DNA of 64,000 nucleotides from a candidate division FCPU426 bacterium (GCA_963847625.1 CAWKAR010000060.1:101904-165903), one strand, 5' to 3'. Positions 42,944 through 53,183 are shown, numbered from the stretch's first letter. Notes: generated by a model from the sequence alone, not told the origin. Made by a program: numbers and translations.

Positions 42944-43684
42944 CTATCTCACTCGCTTCAGATATCCATTCGGCGCAACGGTGATGAGGAGTTTACTGAC
43001 GATGCTCTTATCAATTTCGAACTCCGGATGGTTTTTTAGATATTCCCATGCGGCAGTTTTTGGATTGTTACCTTTACCCCAGGGGCGGTCGGGATAGAAA
43101 TCAACGGGCATGTCTTCGATGATTGTATCGAAAACTACACAGTAGCTTCCCACCGAGGTGAGTGGCGCATAAGCAGTCAGTTCAGCCAGTACATGGTCGT
43201 GGGTATGATTGCTGTCCAGACTCACCAGCACGCACTGCTTGCCTGCCGCCTTGGCCTTCACCTGCTCGATAACTGTTGGCGCAATGCTGGAGCCCTGAAT
43301 CATCGAGATACGCTTAAACATCGGGTGCGCCTCGATAGCCTCTCGATTATGGGACCGGATGTCGACGTCCACCCCCAGCACCTCGGCATCTTGTGGGCCA
43401 CCGCAGGCAGCATTCAGTTCCAATATGGAAGCAGAGAATATTAATGAACCGCCATGGGCAATGCCGGTTTCAATAATCAGGTCGGGGTGAATTGACCAAA
43501 TCAGTTCTTGCATCGCGATGATATCTTGTGGGTACTGAATGATGGGACGGCCTAGCCAAGTGAAATTGTATGAGTATTTCGGTATTATCGATGCGCGCAT
43601 GAAATCCGCAGCAGAATTACACAACTCGGGGTTGTTTGGCATTTTTGCGATTCTAGCCGCAACTTCTTTCTGAAATTCATTCAT
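42944..43684 (-). CDS. Cephalosporin hydroxylase (CmcI)-family methyltransferase-like protein
   Basis: YSYNFTWLGRPIIQYPQD, IETGIAHGGS, LDSNHTHDHV; likely start 43684. Confidence 0.92.
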   Translation of the reverse strand: MNEFQKEVAARIAKMPNNPELCNSAADFMRASIIPKYSYNFTWLGRPIIQYPQDIIAMQELIWSIHPDLIIETGIAHGGSLIFSASILELNAACGGPQDAEVLGVDVDIRSHNREAIEAHPMFKRISMIQGSSIAPTVIEQVKAKAAGKQCVLVSLDSNHTHDHVLAELTAYAPLTSVGSYCVVFDTIIEDMPVDFYPDRPWGKGNNPKTAAWEYLKNHPEFEIDKSIVSKLLITVAPNGYLKRVR

Positions 43685-44732
43685 GATCGACCTCCACATA
43701 TCGATAGGCATTTTGGGACATTTTCTTGATCTCTTCCAAATAATTTGAGTTCATGACAAATAATGTAGATCCCCTTGGCAGCATAGATAATCCCTTTTGA
43801 GGAGACTGGACCCGCAAGCCTGTCACCGGCAGATACTTCCCCTGTTTGGCAGGATTGATGTCGATAACAATTTCGATAGGCATCCTAATGCGGGACTTAA
43901 GCAGTGCAAAGATGACACCTTTTGAAGCACCACCCCAAATCGCTGTTCCGCTATGTTGTTCAAGACTTTGTAAGAAATCACACGGAAAAGATGCCCGGTC
44001 TTGCTGATCGATCTTTGGAATTTTAAGACTACTTAAATCAGCAACGACATAAAGATACTGCTCACCGAAAATTCGGCCACATTCAATCACGTTATCAAAC
44101 ATTCGATGAAAGTCAGAAAGCCGAAAATAATTGACATGCTCATAAAATATATCAAACCAGGCCCGATGCCTACAGATCCAGTCAAAACAAGGAACCTCTA
44201 TATATATCAGGCCTGATCCAGCATTGGCTTCTTTCAGGCGCATCAGAAAACCCACTGGATTATTGATATGCTCCAACACATGGCGCAGAATAAGTCCGTT
44301 TGCCTTGATTCCAAGTCCTGGTTCAAAGTAATGTCGTTCGATCCTTGGATTAGTCCCTTCATATGCAGGATCAAAACCCATTACATCAAAACCGTGTTCA
44401 AGTAACATTTCCAAGAAAAACCCTTTTCCGCATCCGATTTCAACCAACTCATATTCTTTTTTCATCGTTCTTTTAATAATCTGGGCAACAGACTCAAGAT
44501 GTTGTTGAAACAAGGGACTGACAGCCTGCTCGTTTTGATAGTGCGCATCATACATTATCAATTCAGGCTGGAAAGCCGCATTATAGACTAGACCAGTTTC
44601 AAGATTCTCGATCAAAAGCACATCACCCTTCGGGCAAGCCTTGGCCTCTTTCATGGTGTCATACATCCGATTTTGAAAAATCGGCAAACCACACACCTCA
44701 TAAAGCAACTTTGTTTTAGAATCCTGGTTCAT
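43677..44732 (-). CDS. Class I SAM methyltransferase (sugar C-methyltransferase-like)
   Basis: EIGCGKG, RHVLEH, EVP, YEHVNYF, WGGASKG, DINPAKQG; likely start 44732. Confidence 0.85.
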   Translation of the reverse strand: MNQDSKTKLLYEVCGLPIFQNRMYDTMKEAKACPKGDVLLIENLETGLVYNAAFQPELIMYDAHYQNEQAVSPLFQQHLESVAQIIKRTMKKEYELVEIGCGKGFFLEMLLEHGFDVMGFDPAYEGTNPRIERHYFEPGLGIKANGLILRHVLEHINNPVGFLMRLKEANAGSGLIYIEVPCFDWICRHRAWFDIFYEHVNYFRLSDFHRMFDNVIECGRIFGEQYLYVVADLSSLKIPKIDQQDRASFPCDFLQSLEQHSGTAIWGGASKGVIFALLKSRIRMPIEIVIDINPAKQGKYLPVTGLRVQSPQKGLSMLPRGSTLFVMNSNYLEEIKKMSQNAYRYVEVDHE

Positions 44733-44951
44733 TGTATCGTCACTGTATTCATACCCACCTCGCGGGGGCAACGAGATTATCCAGTTACGTTTCGAATTTA
44801 ACACTCGCCGTCTAATACGGCGGTTTAAATAATGGTCTGAAAGTCTGAATGATAAAATATTTTAATAGCTAATAGATTCTGTTTCGCCAAGACTATAAAA
44901 GCAGGAATTCCCAACTGAAATTACACCATGGAAATTTGATCAGACTTTTCA

Positions 44952-45866
44952 TTAAACGTAATTGGTTTCCCACCACTGGATTGTTTTTTGAAGACCCTGA
45001 ACGAGAGTGTAGCTAGGTTTCCACCCCAAAGCCTTGAGGCGCCGACTATCCCCAAAAATAGAGGGCGGTTCCCAGTCCCGATAAGGCAGGGCTCCGAATT
45101 GAATCAGGTTTTCCCGGCCTATCAGGTTGCCAATTGTTTCCAATAAGTGACGGATGGTTACAGGTATGCTAGAGGAAATATTAAATACGCCATTGGCTTG
45201 CTTTTCTACCATAACACAAAAGGCGGTGGCCACGTCTTCAACGTGGACATAATCCCTTATTTGATCGCCTTGAGTGGCAGGAAAAGGCTTGCCATGCAAT
45301 AAGGATCGGATAACGGCCGGTACTAAGCGTCTTTCGTCCTCTTGGGGACCATACGGATAAAAAATTCGTCCCCAAGCAAAATTGGTCTTTGACAAATCAG
45401 CCAATCGGCGGCCTAAAAGGCCGCAATATAGTTTCGCCTCAGCGTAAAGCGTTGCAGGCCGGGTAGATGACTCCTCGGTTAAGCAACTCGGACCTGCTTC
45501 ATATTCTGCGCAGGTTCCTGCCATCAAGACCTGTTGACAACCCGATCGAATCAACTCATTTAACAAGCCCAAGCTTGATATTAATGAAGAAATGTTCTCG
45601 GGAGAATGCAAATATTTACCAGGCTCGGCATACCAAGCGAGATGGATGCAGGCATCGGGACGGAATTCCATTAATGTTTGCCGCACATTTTCTTTATCTT
45701 CCAACGTCCCCTGCTTGATCTCGAATTTTTTCAAAATATCTTGTAGTCGCCACAATTGATCCCCCGGTATCGCCAGCACTGCCACTGAATGGCCTCTCGA
45801 AATGAGTGCCCGGGTTACATGAGCTCCGATGAAACCGGAAGCACCCGTTATGAAAACTTTCATCAT
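44952..45866 (-). CDS. NAD(P)-dependent NDP-sugar 4-ketoreductase/epimerase
   Basis: TGASGFIG, HLAW, GTCAEY, YAEAK, RDYVHVED. Confidence 0.9.
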   Translation of the reverse strand: MMKVFITGASGFIGAHVTRALISRGHSVAVLAIPGDQLWRLQDILKKFEIKQGTLEDKENVRQTLMEFRPDACIHLAWYAEPGKYLHSPENISSLISSLGLLNELIRSGCQQVLMAGTCAEYEAGPSCLTEESSTRPATLYAEAKLYCGLLGRRLADLSKTNFAWGRIFYPYGPQEDERRLVPAVIRSLLHGKPFPATQGDQIRDYVHVEDVATAFCVMVEKQANGVFNISSSIPVTIRHLLETIGNLIGRENLIQFGALPYRDWEPPSIFGDSRRLKALGWKPSYTLVQGLQKTIQWWETNYV

Positions 45867-46390
45867 TTCCACCTTAAATAGGTCAAATCCTTAGGTGAAA
45901 CCTCGGTAACAGGCAGCGGCCATTTGATGTTAAATACAGGATCATCCCATAGGACTCCTTGAGCATTCTCGGGGTGATAGAACTCAGAAATTTGGTAAAA
46001 AATTTCGGTTTCATCCGCTAGGGTTTGAAAACCGTGGGCTAATCCCTCGGGAATATAGAGCATCTTCCTATTTTGATCTGTTAATTCAACCGACATCCAT
46101 TGTTTGAATGTTGCTGATTCGGGGCGCAAATCGAGAATGACATCGTATAGAACACCCATAGTGCAGCGCACTAATTTGTTTTCGGCGTGAGGTGGAGCCT
46201 GGTAATGCATGCCCCGCAAAGTACCCTTCTTTTTGTTGAATGAAATACTACATTGGACAAAGTTTTTGCTTAAACCATGGGCCTTAAATTCTTCTTGGCA
46301 CCAAGTCCGTGCGAAAAATCCCCTTTCATCCTCTAATCGTACTGGTTCAATGAAGTAAGCGCCCTTCAGTTTCGTCTCTATGAATTTCAT
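45863..46390 (-). CDS. rmlC: NDP-4-keto-6-deoxyglucose 3,5-epimerase (RmlC family)
   Basis: DERGFFAR, GTLRGMHYQ, KLVRC, AHGFQTL. Confidence 0.92.
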   Translation of the reverse strand: MKFIETKLKGAYFIEPVRLEDERGFFARTWCQEEFKAHGLSKNFVQCSISFNKKKGTLRGMHYQAPPHAENKLVRCTMGVLYDVILDLRPESATFKQWMSVELTDQNRKMLYIPEGLAHGFQTLADETEIFYQISEFYHPENAQGVLWDDPVFNIKWPLPVTEVSPKDLTYLRWK

Positions 46391-46396
46391 TTTTTC

Positions 46397-47638
46397 TCAA
46401 ACCACCTTTACTTGAGGAAGTGGGATAATGAATTTTCCGCCTTTTTGCCGATAAGCCGCCTGTTGAGCCAAAATTTCATCCGTAAAATTCCACGTCAAAA
46501 GCAATACATAGTCAGGTTTGGTTTCCAATAACCTTTCCGTCGCGTAAATCGGCAAATGGGTTCCAGGAGTATAGTGGCCTTGTTTGACTGTGCTTCGATC
46601 CACCACATAGTCAATGGTTTCGGCACCAATTCCATAATAATTAAGCAAAGTCGTGCTTTTTGCGGAAGCCCCATAAATCACGATACGTTTTTTGTCCGCT
46701 TTTAATTGGCGTAACAAAACCAGCATATCGTTTTTCAAGGATTCTACTCGAGAACCAAATCCCCTGTAAAATTCAGGTTGATCAACCCCCCAACTTGATT
46801 CCTCGGCCAATAATTGCCGGACCCTCTCGGCGCCTTCTTTTTCCAGGGATCGGTTTCCATCGGCGCGCTGAAAGAAGACACGCAATGAACCCCCATGGAC
46901 GTTTATGCGCTCCACATCCACGAGTATCAAACCATGGGATTTGAATAAGCGTTCAAAAGAAGTGGCCGAGTAATAACACAAATGTTCATGATAAATAGAG
47001 TCGAATTGTACCTGATCCACCAAGTCCTTAACGTAATGATTTTCAATGATAGCCACGCCATCAGGTTTTAAAAGAGTAGCCATGCCACCCACCACACCGT
47101 GTAAATCGGCGACATGGGCTACTACGTTATTGGCGTGGATAACATCCGCTGAATCTCCTTGGGAAACCAGTTCAGCGGCCAATGTTAGGTTGAAAAACTC
47201 GCTAATAGTTCGCACACCACGGTCAACCGCGACTCGGGCAATGTTCCTTGCCGGCTCAATGCCAAGCACCGGAATGCCCCTTTGCTGGTAATTTTGGAGC
47301 AAATAGCCGTCGTTACTGGCGATTTCCACCACTTTACTTTTATCATTGAGTTTCAACCGTTCAATAAATTGTGCGGCGCTGTTTTTGGCATTTTCAAGCA
47401 CTGTATCTGAAAATGAGGAAAAATAAAAATAATCCCGGAAGAGTTTTTCAGGTGGTACGGTTTCAGTAATTTGAACAAGGGTGCAATTTGGGCAAAAAAC
47501 AAGATCCAATGGAAAAACTTCTTCTACATTATCTAATTGGTCAGCTTTCAATAATGCGTTGGCGAGGGGTGTGCGGCCTAAAGAAAGAATTGGATAAAGA
47601 TTAACCTTTCCGCATGAACGGCAAGCATACTGATTCAA
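46397..47638 (-). CDS. NDP-hexose C-methyltransferase (TylCIII/NovU-like)
   Basis: CRSC...CPNC Zn domain, EIASNDGYLL, IYHEH, HGGSLR, YGASAK. Confidence 0.9.
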   Translation of the reverse strand: MNQYACRSCGKVNLYPILSLGRTPLANALLKADQLDNVEEVFPLDLVFCPNCTLVQITETVPPEKLFRDYFYFSSFSDTVLENAKNSAAQFIERLKLNDKSKVVEIASNDGYLLQNYQQRGIPVLGIEPARNIARVAVDRGVRTISEFFNLTLAAELVSQGDSADVIHANNVVAHVADLHGVVGGMATLLKPDGVAIIENHYVKDLVDQVQFDSIYHEHLCYYSATSFERLFKSHGLILVDVERINVHGGSLRVFFQRADGNRSLEKEGAERVRQLLAEESSWGVDQPEFYRGFGSRVESLKNDMLVLLRQLKADKKRIVIYGASAKSTTLLNYYGIGAETIDYVVDRSTVKQGHYTPGTHLPIYATERLLETKPDYVLLLTWNFTDEILAQQAAYRQKGGKFIIPLPQVKVV

Positions 47639-47671
47639 TGTTATTTGTATCCTTTTTTATAATTTTGGCAT

Positions 47672-48748
47672 TTATCGAGTTGTTAATGATTGATAGGTTT
47701 TGATCTGTGACAGAGTCATGGTTTTCATATCTTTTCCCGCATGCCTTTGTTTGGCCCAGTCAACGGTTATGGTAAGTGCATCCGTTAAACGCAAAACAGG
47801 ATGCCAGTTCAACCGGCTTCGGGCTTTGGAAATATCCAATTTGAGGAACGCTGTCTCATGAGGGTGATAACCCTGATCTACCTGCCAAGCGGCACCCTCA
47901 CCCCAAAGGTGGGCCATTTCTTGAACGATCCATTCGACCGGACGGGTATCCTCATCATTGGGCCCGAAATTCCATCCTCCGGAAAAAACTGCGCCTTCAT
48001 AACAAAGTTTTTCCGCCAAAGTTAGATAGCCACGGAGCGGTTCGAGTACATGCTGCCAAGGGCGTATCGCTTTAGGGTTGCGGATACTAACGGGCCGCCC
48101 AGCCTCAAAAGCGGCCAGGATATCGGGGATCAGCCGGTCTTTCGCCCAGTCCCCGCCACCGATAACATTACCGGCGCGCGCCGATGCGATACCGACACCG
48201 TGTTTATCGTGAGACTTGGGATTGAAAAATGAGGAACGGTATGCCGACGTTACCAATTCAGCGCATCCTTTGCTGTTGCTGTAGATGTCATAACCACCCA
48301 TGGGGTCGCTTTCACGGTAACCCCAGTCCCATTCGCGGTTTTCATAACATTTGTCGGTGGTGATGATTACCACGGACTTGACGCTGGGGGTATGTCGCAC
48401 CGCTTCCAGTAAATGCACCGTGCCCATAACGTTGATGGCATAAGTTTCCACCGGCTGCTCATAAGAATGACGTACCAAAGGTTGGGCAGCCATGTGTATT
48501 ACTATTTCCGGTTTCGTTTCACGCATGGTGGTTTTCAAAAATTCCAGATTGCGGATATCCGCGATGATGGAATGCATGCCTTCGACAACATTGGCTATTT
48601 CAAATAAACTGGGTTTGGTCGGGGGTTCGAGGGAGTAACCCGTGAGATCAGCGCCAAGGCTTTGAAGCCAAAGGGACATCCAACTTCCCTTGAAACCGGT
48701 ATGGCCGGTGAGGAAAACCCGCTTACTGGACCAGAAAGCCGGATTCAT
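47672..48748 (-). CDS. rfbG: CDP-glucose 4,6-dehydratase
   Basis: TGHTGFKGSW, AAQPLVR, TTDKCY, RAGNVIGGGDW, RPWQHVLEPL. Confidence 0.96.
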   Translation of the reverse strand: MNPAFWSSKRVFLTGHTGFKGSWMSLWLQSLGADLTGYSLEPPTKPSLFEIANVVEGMHSIIADIRNLEFLKTTMRETKPEIVIHMAAQPLVRHSYEQPVETYAINVMGTVHLLEAVRHTPSVKSVVIITTDKCYENREWDWGYRESDPMGGYDIYSNSKGCAELVTSAYRSSFFNPKSHDKHGVGIASARAGNVIGGGDWAKDRLIPDILAAFEAGRPVSIRNPKAIRPWQHVLEPLRGYLTLAEKLCYEGAVFSGGWNFGPNDEDTRPVEWIVQEMAHLWGEGAAWQVDQGYHPHETAFLKLDISKARSRLNWHPVLRLTDALTITVDWAKQRHAGKDMKTMTLSQIKTYQSLTTR

Positions 48749-49518
48749 GACCAGACCTTCCATGGTGCCCGGCCGGCAGCCCACAGTTCCTCAAGGTGAT
48801 TTTTATCACGCAAGGTATCCATAGCTTGCCAAAAGCCAGTGTGTTGGTAGGCCGCTAACTGGTTTTCTTCCGCTAGTTTCTCGAGAGGTTCGCCCTCCCA
48901 GCTGGTATTGTCGTCGCCGAGGTAATTGAATACAGAGGGCGACAACACGAAAAAACCGCCGTTAATCATTGCGCCATCGCCCTGGGGTTTTTCTTTAAAC
49001 TTACGAACTTTATTTTTTTCTAAATCCAGCGCGCCGTATCGGCCGGGCGGCAAAATGGCGGTAAGAGTCGCCTTGACCTTTTGCGCCTTGTGAAATGCGA
49101 GAAGTTCTTTGATGTTTATATCACCCACGCCATCGCCATAGGTGAAACAAAAGGTTTTTTCACCTTGCAAATAAGGGGCAACCCGCTTGAGACGGCTGCC
49201 GGTCATGGTTTTTTCTCCGGTATCCACCAGAGTCACGCGCCATGGTTCCGCGTTGCGTTGATGGACTTCCATCTTGTTGTGGGCGATATCGAAAGTTATA
49301 TCAGACATATGCAAAAAATAATTGGCAAAGTATTCCTTGATGAGGTAACCCTTGTAGCCGCAACAAATCACAAAATCGTTTAGCCCATAGTGGGAATAGA
49401 TTTTCATGATATGCCAGAGTATCGGCTTTCCGCCAATTTCAATCATCGGCTTGGGTTTATCCTGGGCTTCCTCGGTAATTCGAGTGCCAAGACCGCCGGC
49501 TAAAATCACAACTTTCAT
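48745..49518 (-). CDS. rfbF: Glucose-1-phosphate cytidylyltransferase
   Basis: LAGGLGTR, KPMIEIG, TYGDG, GFWQAMDTLRDK. Confidence 0.96.
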   Translation of the reverse strand: MKVVILAGGLGTRITEEAQDKPKPMIEIGGKPILWHIMKIYSHYGLNDFVICCGYKGYLIKEYFANYFLHMSDITFDIAHNKMEVHQRNAEPWRVTLVDTGEKTMTGSRLKRVAPYLQGEKTFCFTYGDGVGDINIKELLAFHKAQKVKATLTAILPPGRYGALDLEKNKVRKFKEKPQGDGAMINGGFFVLSPSVFNYLGDDNTSWEGEPLEKLAEENQLAAYQHTGFWQAMDTLRDKNHLEELWAAGRAPWKVWS

Positions 49519-49735
49519 GAAATTCTTTACTCCTTTTGTTTTGAAAAACAATTTCACATTCTTATCAAAAAAGCGCAAAAAAGCTGGCGGAACAATGAAG
49601 CGGAAGATAAAGCAGCTTCTCTTAGTTCACAGGTTTAAGTCCGCGAAACAGAAACTACACCGTGATTTCGGGGCAAGGTTCTCAGCTTTAACTACTTACT
49701 CCGCACTCCCAACTCCTAACTTTCAATAACTGTCT

Positions 49736-51403
49736 TTAATTGTGGCCGGGGTTTTCCGGCGGGTGAACAGATGGAGTGTGTGTGTAATTCTTAAAGTCCT
49801 TGGAGCGGTGGCGGCGGCGAAGTAAATTTGAGGTTAGCCTGTCGGGGGCGATTTGCCCGACGAAGCCAGAATGGACAGAAGGCTTCAAAGAGGCGATGCA
49901 CTCCAGAGCCTCCTTCATAAACTCACTTACGAGTACACGATATTCAACATCCAGGTCCTCCTCCTGGTTGTGGGGATCGAAGATCCATTCCGCAACGCCG
50001 CCCGAAGCCTTGTGGCTGACGTGGTCCTTGAACTGGCTGAAATTTCCAGACTTGAGTTCGGCTTTGATTCCGTTCAAATAATCCCCATTATCCTCATGAG
50101 TCCTCTCCTGTGTTATGTGACAATCGCCTTTTCCTTCGGCATCGGGGGGCACCAAGATGCTGTAGCCTTGCACCCCGAATTCCACGCAAACCTGATTGAT
50201 AAGCTGGAGTACGTCCTCTTGATGGATGGCCAGGCTGAGTTTGGCTCGCTGCATGGAAATGAAGTGGTGGGCGATGATGAAATGCGGCCGTGAGAAAGAG
50301 ATGATGTGCGGACTGAGGAAGTTCAAAAACCCCAGGAGAGTTAACGCTATTCCTAAAAGTATACCGGAAGTCACCAACAGCCAAATCGCCATGCCATATT
50401 GATGGCCGATGATGGAAATGGCTCCCATCCCCGTGAGAAGAGTGAAGGCCAAGGCAATAACGCAGATCCATTTTTTCTGAAAACCCAGGTTAAGCATGCG
50501 GTGATGCAAGTGGCCTCGGTCCGCCCTAGAAATGGGTCTTCCATGGAGAAACCGCCGGGCGACGGTCAGAATGATTTCCAGGGACGGATACGCCGCGAGA
50601 AGTGTGATTACGAAAACCTGGTAAGGAAAAACCTGTTCATTTAAATTCGGAGAGTGCCCGTGGATAGAAAGCAAGGTTTGGGTATTACTCAAGCTCACCA
50701 GCATGCCTGCCAGCAGAAGCCCTAAACCGTTGGAACCTGCATCACCCAGGTAGATCTTAGCAGGCGACCAATTGAACTTCAAAAAACCCAGGATCCCTCC
50801 GAGTGCGGCAAAGCCCAAAAGCAGTCCACTGGGATTGTCGACCAGTGCCGAAGCCGCACAACCCAAGAAAAAAGAGCCAACCATAACTGTAGAAGCCAAG
50901 CCGTCCACACCATCCACCATATTGAGTGCGTTGATGATGGATAAGAGCCAGAAAACCGTAAAAGGCACTGCCATGAAGCCGAGGGCAAAAGGCAGGAAAC
51001 CGGGCACATGCATGACTTCGAACCGGAAACCGTAAACCGCGAAGATTGAGGTGAAAAAAAACTGGCCCAGGAACTTGTACAGCGGCCGGATCTTGAACAA
51101 ATCATCCCAGAGACCTACCAGGGCGAGTCCCAGGCTGCAGGCAAGGATGATGGCTATTTTTTGGAACGTGTGGATTTCTAAATTTGAAAAAAAACCTAAA
51201 ACCTGGGCCAATAGGAAGGAAAAAATGATAGCCGCAAAAATCGAGATGCCGCCCAAGTAGGCAACAGGTTGGATATGTTGTTTCCTGTTGCCGGGATGGT
51301 CCAGCCATTTTTTCCACTGAGCCAAGCGGGTGGCTAAGGGCGTCAACACGAAGGACAACAACAGGCTTAAGATGAAAACGAAAATATAAGCTTTAGAATC
51401 CAT
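49736..51403 (-). CDS. WecA/TagO (MraY-family) undecaprenyl-phosphate sugar-1-phosphate transferase with a C-terminal extension
   Basis: GLWDD, NALNMVDGVDGLA, YLGDAG, ADRGHLHH. Confidence 0.92.
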   Translation of the reverse strand: MDSKAYIFVFILSLLLSFVLTPLATRLAQWKKWLDHPGNRKQHIQPVAYLGGISIFAAIIFSFLLAQVLGFFSNLEIHTFQKIAIILACSLGLALVGLWDDLFKIRPLYKFLGQFFFTSIFAVYGFRFEVMHVPGFLPFALGFMAVPFTVFWLLSIINALNMVDGVDGLASTVMVGSFFLGCAASALVDNPSGLLLGFAALGGILGFLKFNWSPAKIYLGDAGSNGLGLLLAGMLVSLSNTQTLLSIHGHSPNLNEQVFPYQVFVITLLAAYPSLEIILTVARRFLHGRPISRADRGHLHHRMLNLGFQKKWICVIALAFTLLTGMGAISIIGHQYGMAIWLLVTSGILLGIALTLLGFLNFLSPHIISFSRPHFIIAHHFISMQRAKLSLAIHQEDVLQLINQVCVEFGVQGYSILVPPDAEGKGDCHITQERTHEDNGDYLNGIKAELKSGNFSQFKDHVSHKASGGVAEWIFDPHNQEEDLDVEYRVLVSEFMKEALECIASLKPSVHSGFVGQIAPDRLTSNLLRRRHRSKDFKNYTHTPSVHPPENPGHN

Positions 51404-51452
51404 CCAAAAATTCCTCTTCGATAAAAATTAAAAGCTATGAGTAAGGTGTTAT

Positions 51453-53183
51453 CTAACTATGTCTGTTTTTATTAGGATGTTCTGCTTCGAGTATTTCCCG
51501 CTTAGTTTTAGGTTCCTCGTCCTTATGGTACTTGTACTTGCCGTAACCATACCCATACCCGTATCCATAACCGTACCCGTAAACGCCTCTCTTAGAAGAC
51601 ACACAGTTCAGGATGGTGCCGACCACTTTGTTACCCACATGTCTCAAATGATCCATGGCCCGTGATGCATCGGAGAGACGGGTGAAATTGAATCGCACCA
51701 ACAGCACCACACCGTCCAGGATCGTGGAAAGCACAACAGCGTCGGTCACGGGCAATATCGGCGGGGCATCAAAGATGATGGTGTCGTATTCTTCCTTCAT
51801 CTCTTCCAAGAGTTTTTTCATAGCTACGCTACTCAAAAGTTCAGCAGGGTTGGGTGGGGAAACCGAGTTGGAAAGAAGGTCCAGGTTTGTCACGCCCGAG
51901 GGCCGGATCATCTGGGTCCAGGGTTTTTGGCCGGTCAGAGCCAGGGGCAGGCCGATCTCGACGCGCTTCTCAATGCCGAAGATCTTCAACACTGAGGACT
52001 TGCGCAAATCTGCGTCCACCAGCAGGGTTTTCCTACCGGTTTCGGCGAGCGAGATGGCAAGGTTGGAATTGACCAGGGTTTTGCCCTCCTCGGCGCCGGG
52101 GGACAGGATAGACAGGGCTTTTAAAGGACGGTCAGCCTGGGCTAGTGTGAGATTTGTGCGCAAAATCTTAAAACTTTCCCTATAAAAGGCGTGCTGGAAT
52201 ACCGGATTCGAAATAAGAGCTTTAGGTGAAAATCGCTCACTTGGGTCCGGCGGGTTTAATCCCTGGGGGTAATCCTCCCTGAAATCGGGCACTATCGCAT
52301 AATTGGGCACACCCGTCGCAGACCTGAGTTTTTCCTCGTGCTTGATACGGTCCCGCATGCGGTCCAATAAAAAGGCCAACTGTAAACCAAAAAACAAACC
52401 CAGTAAAAGGCCTAGGATTATTGGCCGAGTCTTTTGGGGCGAAACCGGCCTTAAAGGCACAGTAGCCGCATCCACCACGACAATCCCCGTATCGTCCACC
52501 TCCTCGGCCAAGTGCGCTTCCTGGAGTTTTTCCAGCAATTGGGCGTACATCATCTCATCGGCCTTGGATTCGTCGTTCAGGCGCAGTTGGGGGTTGTCCA
52601 GCCTGGCCTTGATTTGCTTGGCCTGGTCCTCAAGGAACAGTCGCTTGGAGGCCGCGCCCTTATGGGACAGGTCCAGGTTGGTCTCGATAAAACACTTGGC
52701 CCAGGCATTGGCCAGACTCGATGCTATTTGGGGGTCGCGGGAGGATGCAGTGATGGAAATGATGTTGGACTTAAGGACATTCGTCACCGTAACACACTTC
52801 AGGAGACCTTGTTTGATTTCTTGCTGGTTCAATTTCGCATATTCCAGCAGAGAAGCAAGATTCAGTACAGTGATGACCCGGTTAGCCACGTTTTCAGAAT
52901 GGCAGACTTCTACATAGGTTTGTACCGGGTCGCCCCCAATCGGCACCAACTCCCGAAGCATTCCTGTAGGACTTTGGGAGGAATCAGGAACCTTGACGGT
53001 GGTCACGGCTTCGTAAGTAGGGGGCCAGAAAAGAATATAAACCAGGGCTACGCCGATGAAAACAGCCGTTACGGAAACGATAAAGCCAAGGTGAGAAAGG
53101 GCTACCCGGATGATTTCGCCTATATTGAGGTCACCTTCGGGAAGGGCTTGGTTTTGGTTTTTTGGGGTGACAAGGGATTCCAT
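51453..53183 (-). CDS. wzc: Polysaccharide co-polymerase / BY-kinase (Wzc-like)
   Basis: Two TM helices, SPGAEEGKT Walker A, DADLRK, DAPP, C-terminal (GY)n cluster; start 53183 in a TGATG overlap with wza. Confidence 0.92.
   Translation of the reverse strand: MESLVTPKNQNQALPEGDLNIGEIIRVALSHLGFIVSVTAVFIGVALVYILFWPPTYEAVTTVKVPDSSQSPTGMLRELVPIGGDPVQTYVEVCHSENVANRVITVLNLASLLEYAKLNQQEIKQGLLKCVTVTNVLKSNIISITASSRDPQIASSLANAWAKCFIETNLDLSHKGAASKRLFLEDQAKQIKARLDNPQLRLNDESKADEMMYAQLLEKLQEAHLAEEVDDTGIVVVDAATVPLRPVSPQKTRPIILGLLLGLFFGLQLAFLLDRMRDRIKHEEKLRSATGVPNYAIVPDFREDYPQGLNPPDPSERFSPKALISNPVFQHAFYRESFKILRTNLTLAQADRPLKALSILSPGAEEGKTLVNSNLAISLAETGRKTLLVDADLRKSSVLKIFGIEKRVEIGLPLALTGQKPWTQMIRPSGVTNLDLLSNSVSPPNPAELLSSVAMKKLLEEMKEEYDTIIFDAPPILPVTDAVVLSTILDGVVLLVRFNFTRLSDASRAMDHLRHVGNKVVGTILNCVSSKRGVYGYGYGYGYGYGYGKYKYHKDEEPKTKREILEAEHPNKNRHS

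Noticed and set aside
49520..49735. JUMPStart/ops element before rfbF
   Set aside because: No GGCGGTAG motif on the - strand; only a short ACTCC(G/C/T) heptamer-like run
51540..51585. Phase-variable hexamer microsatellite in wzc
   Set aside because: It encodes the normal GY tyrosine cluster with varied codons and stays in frame
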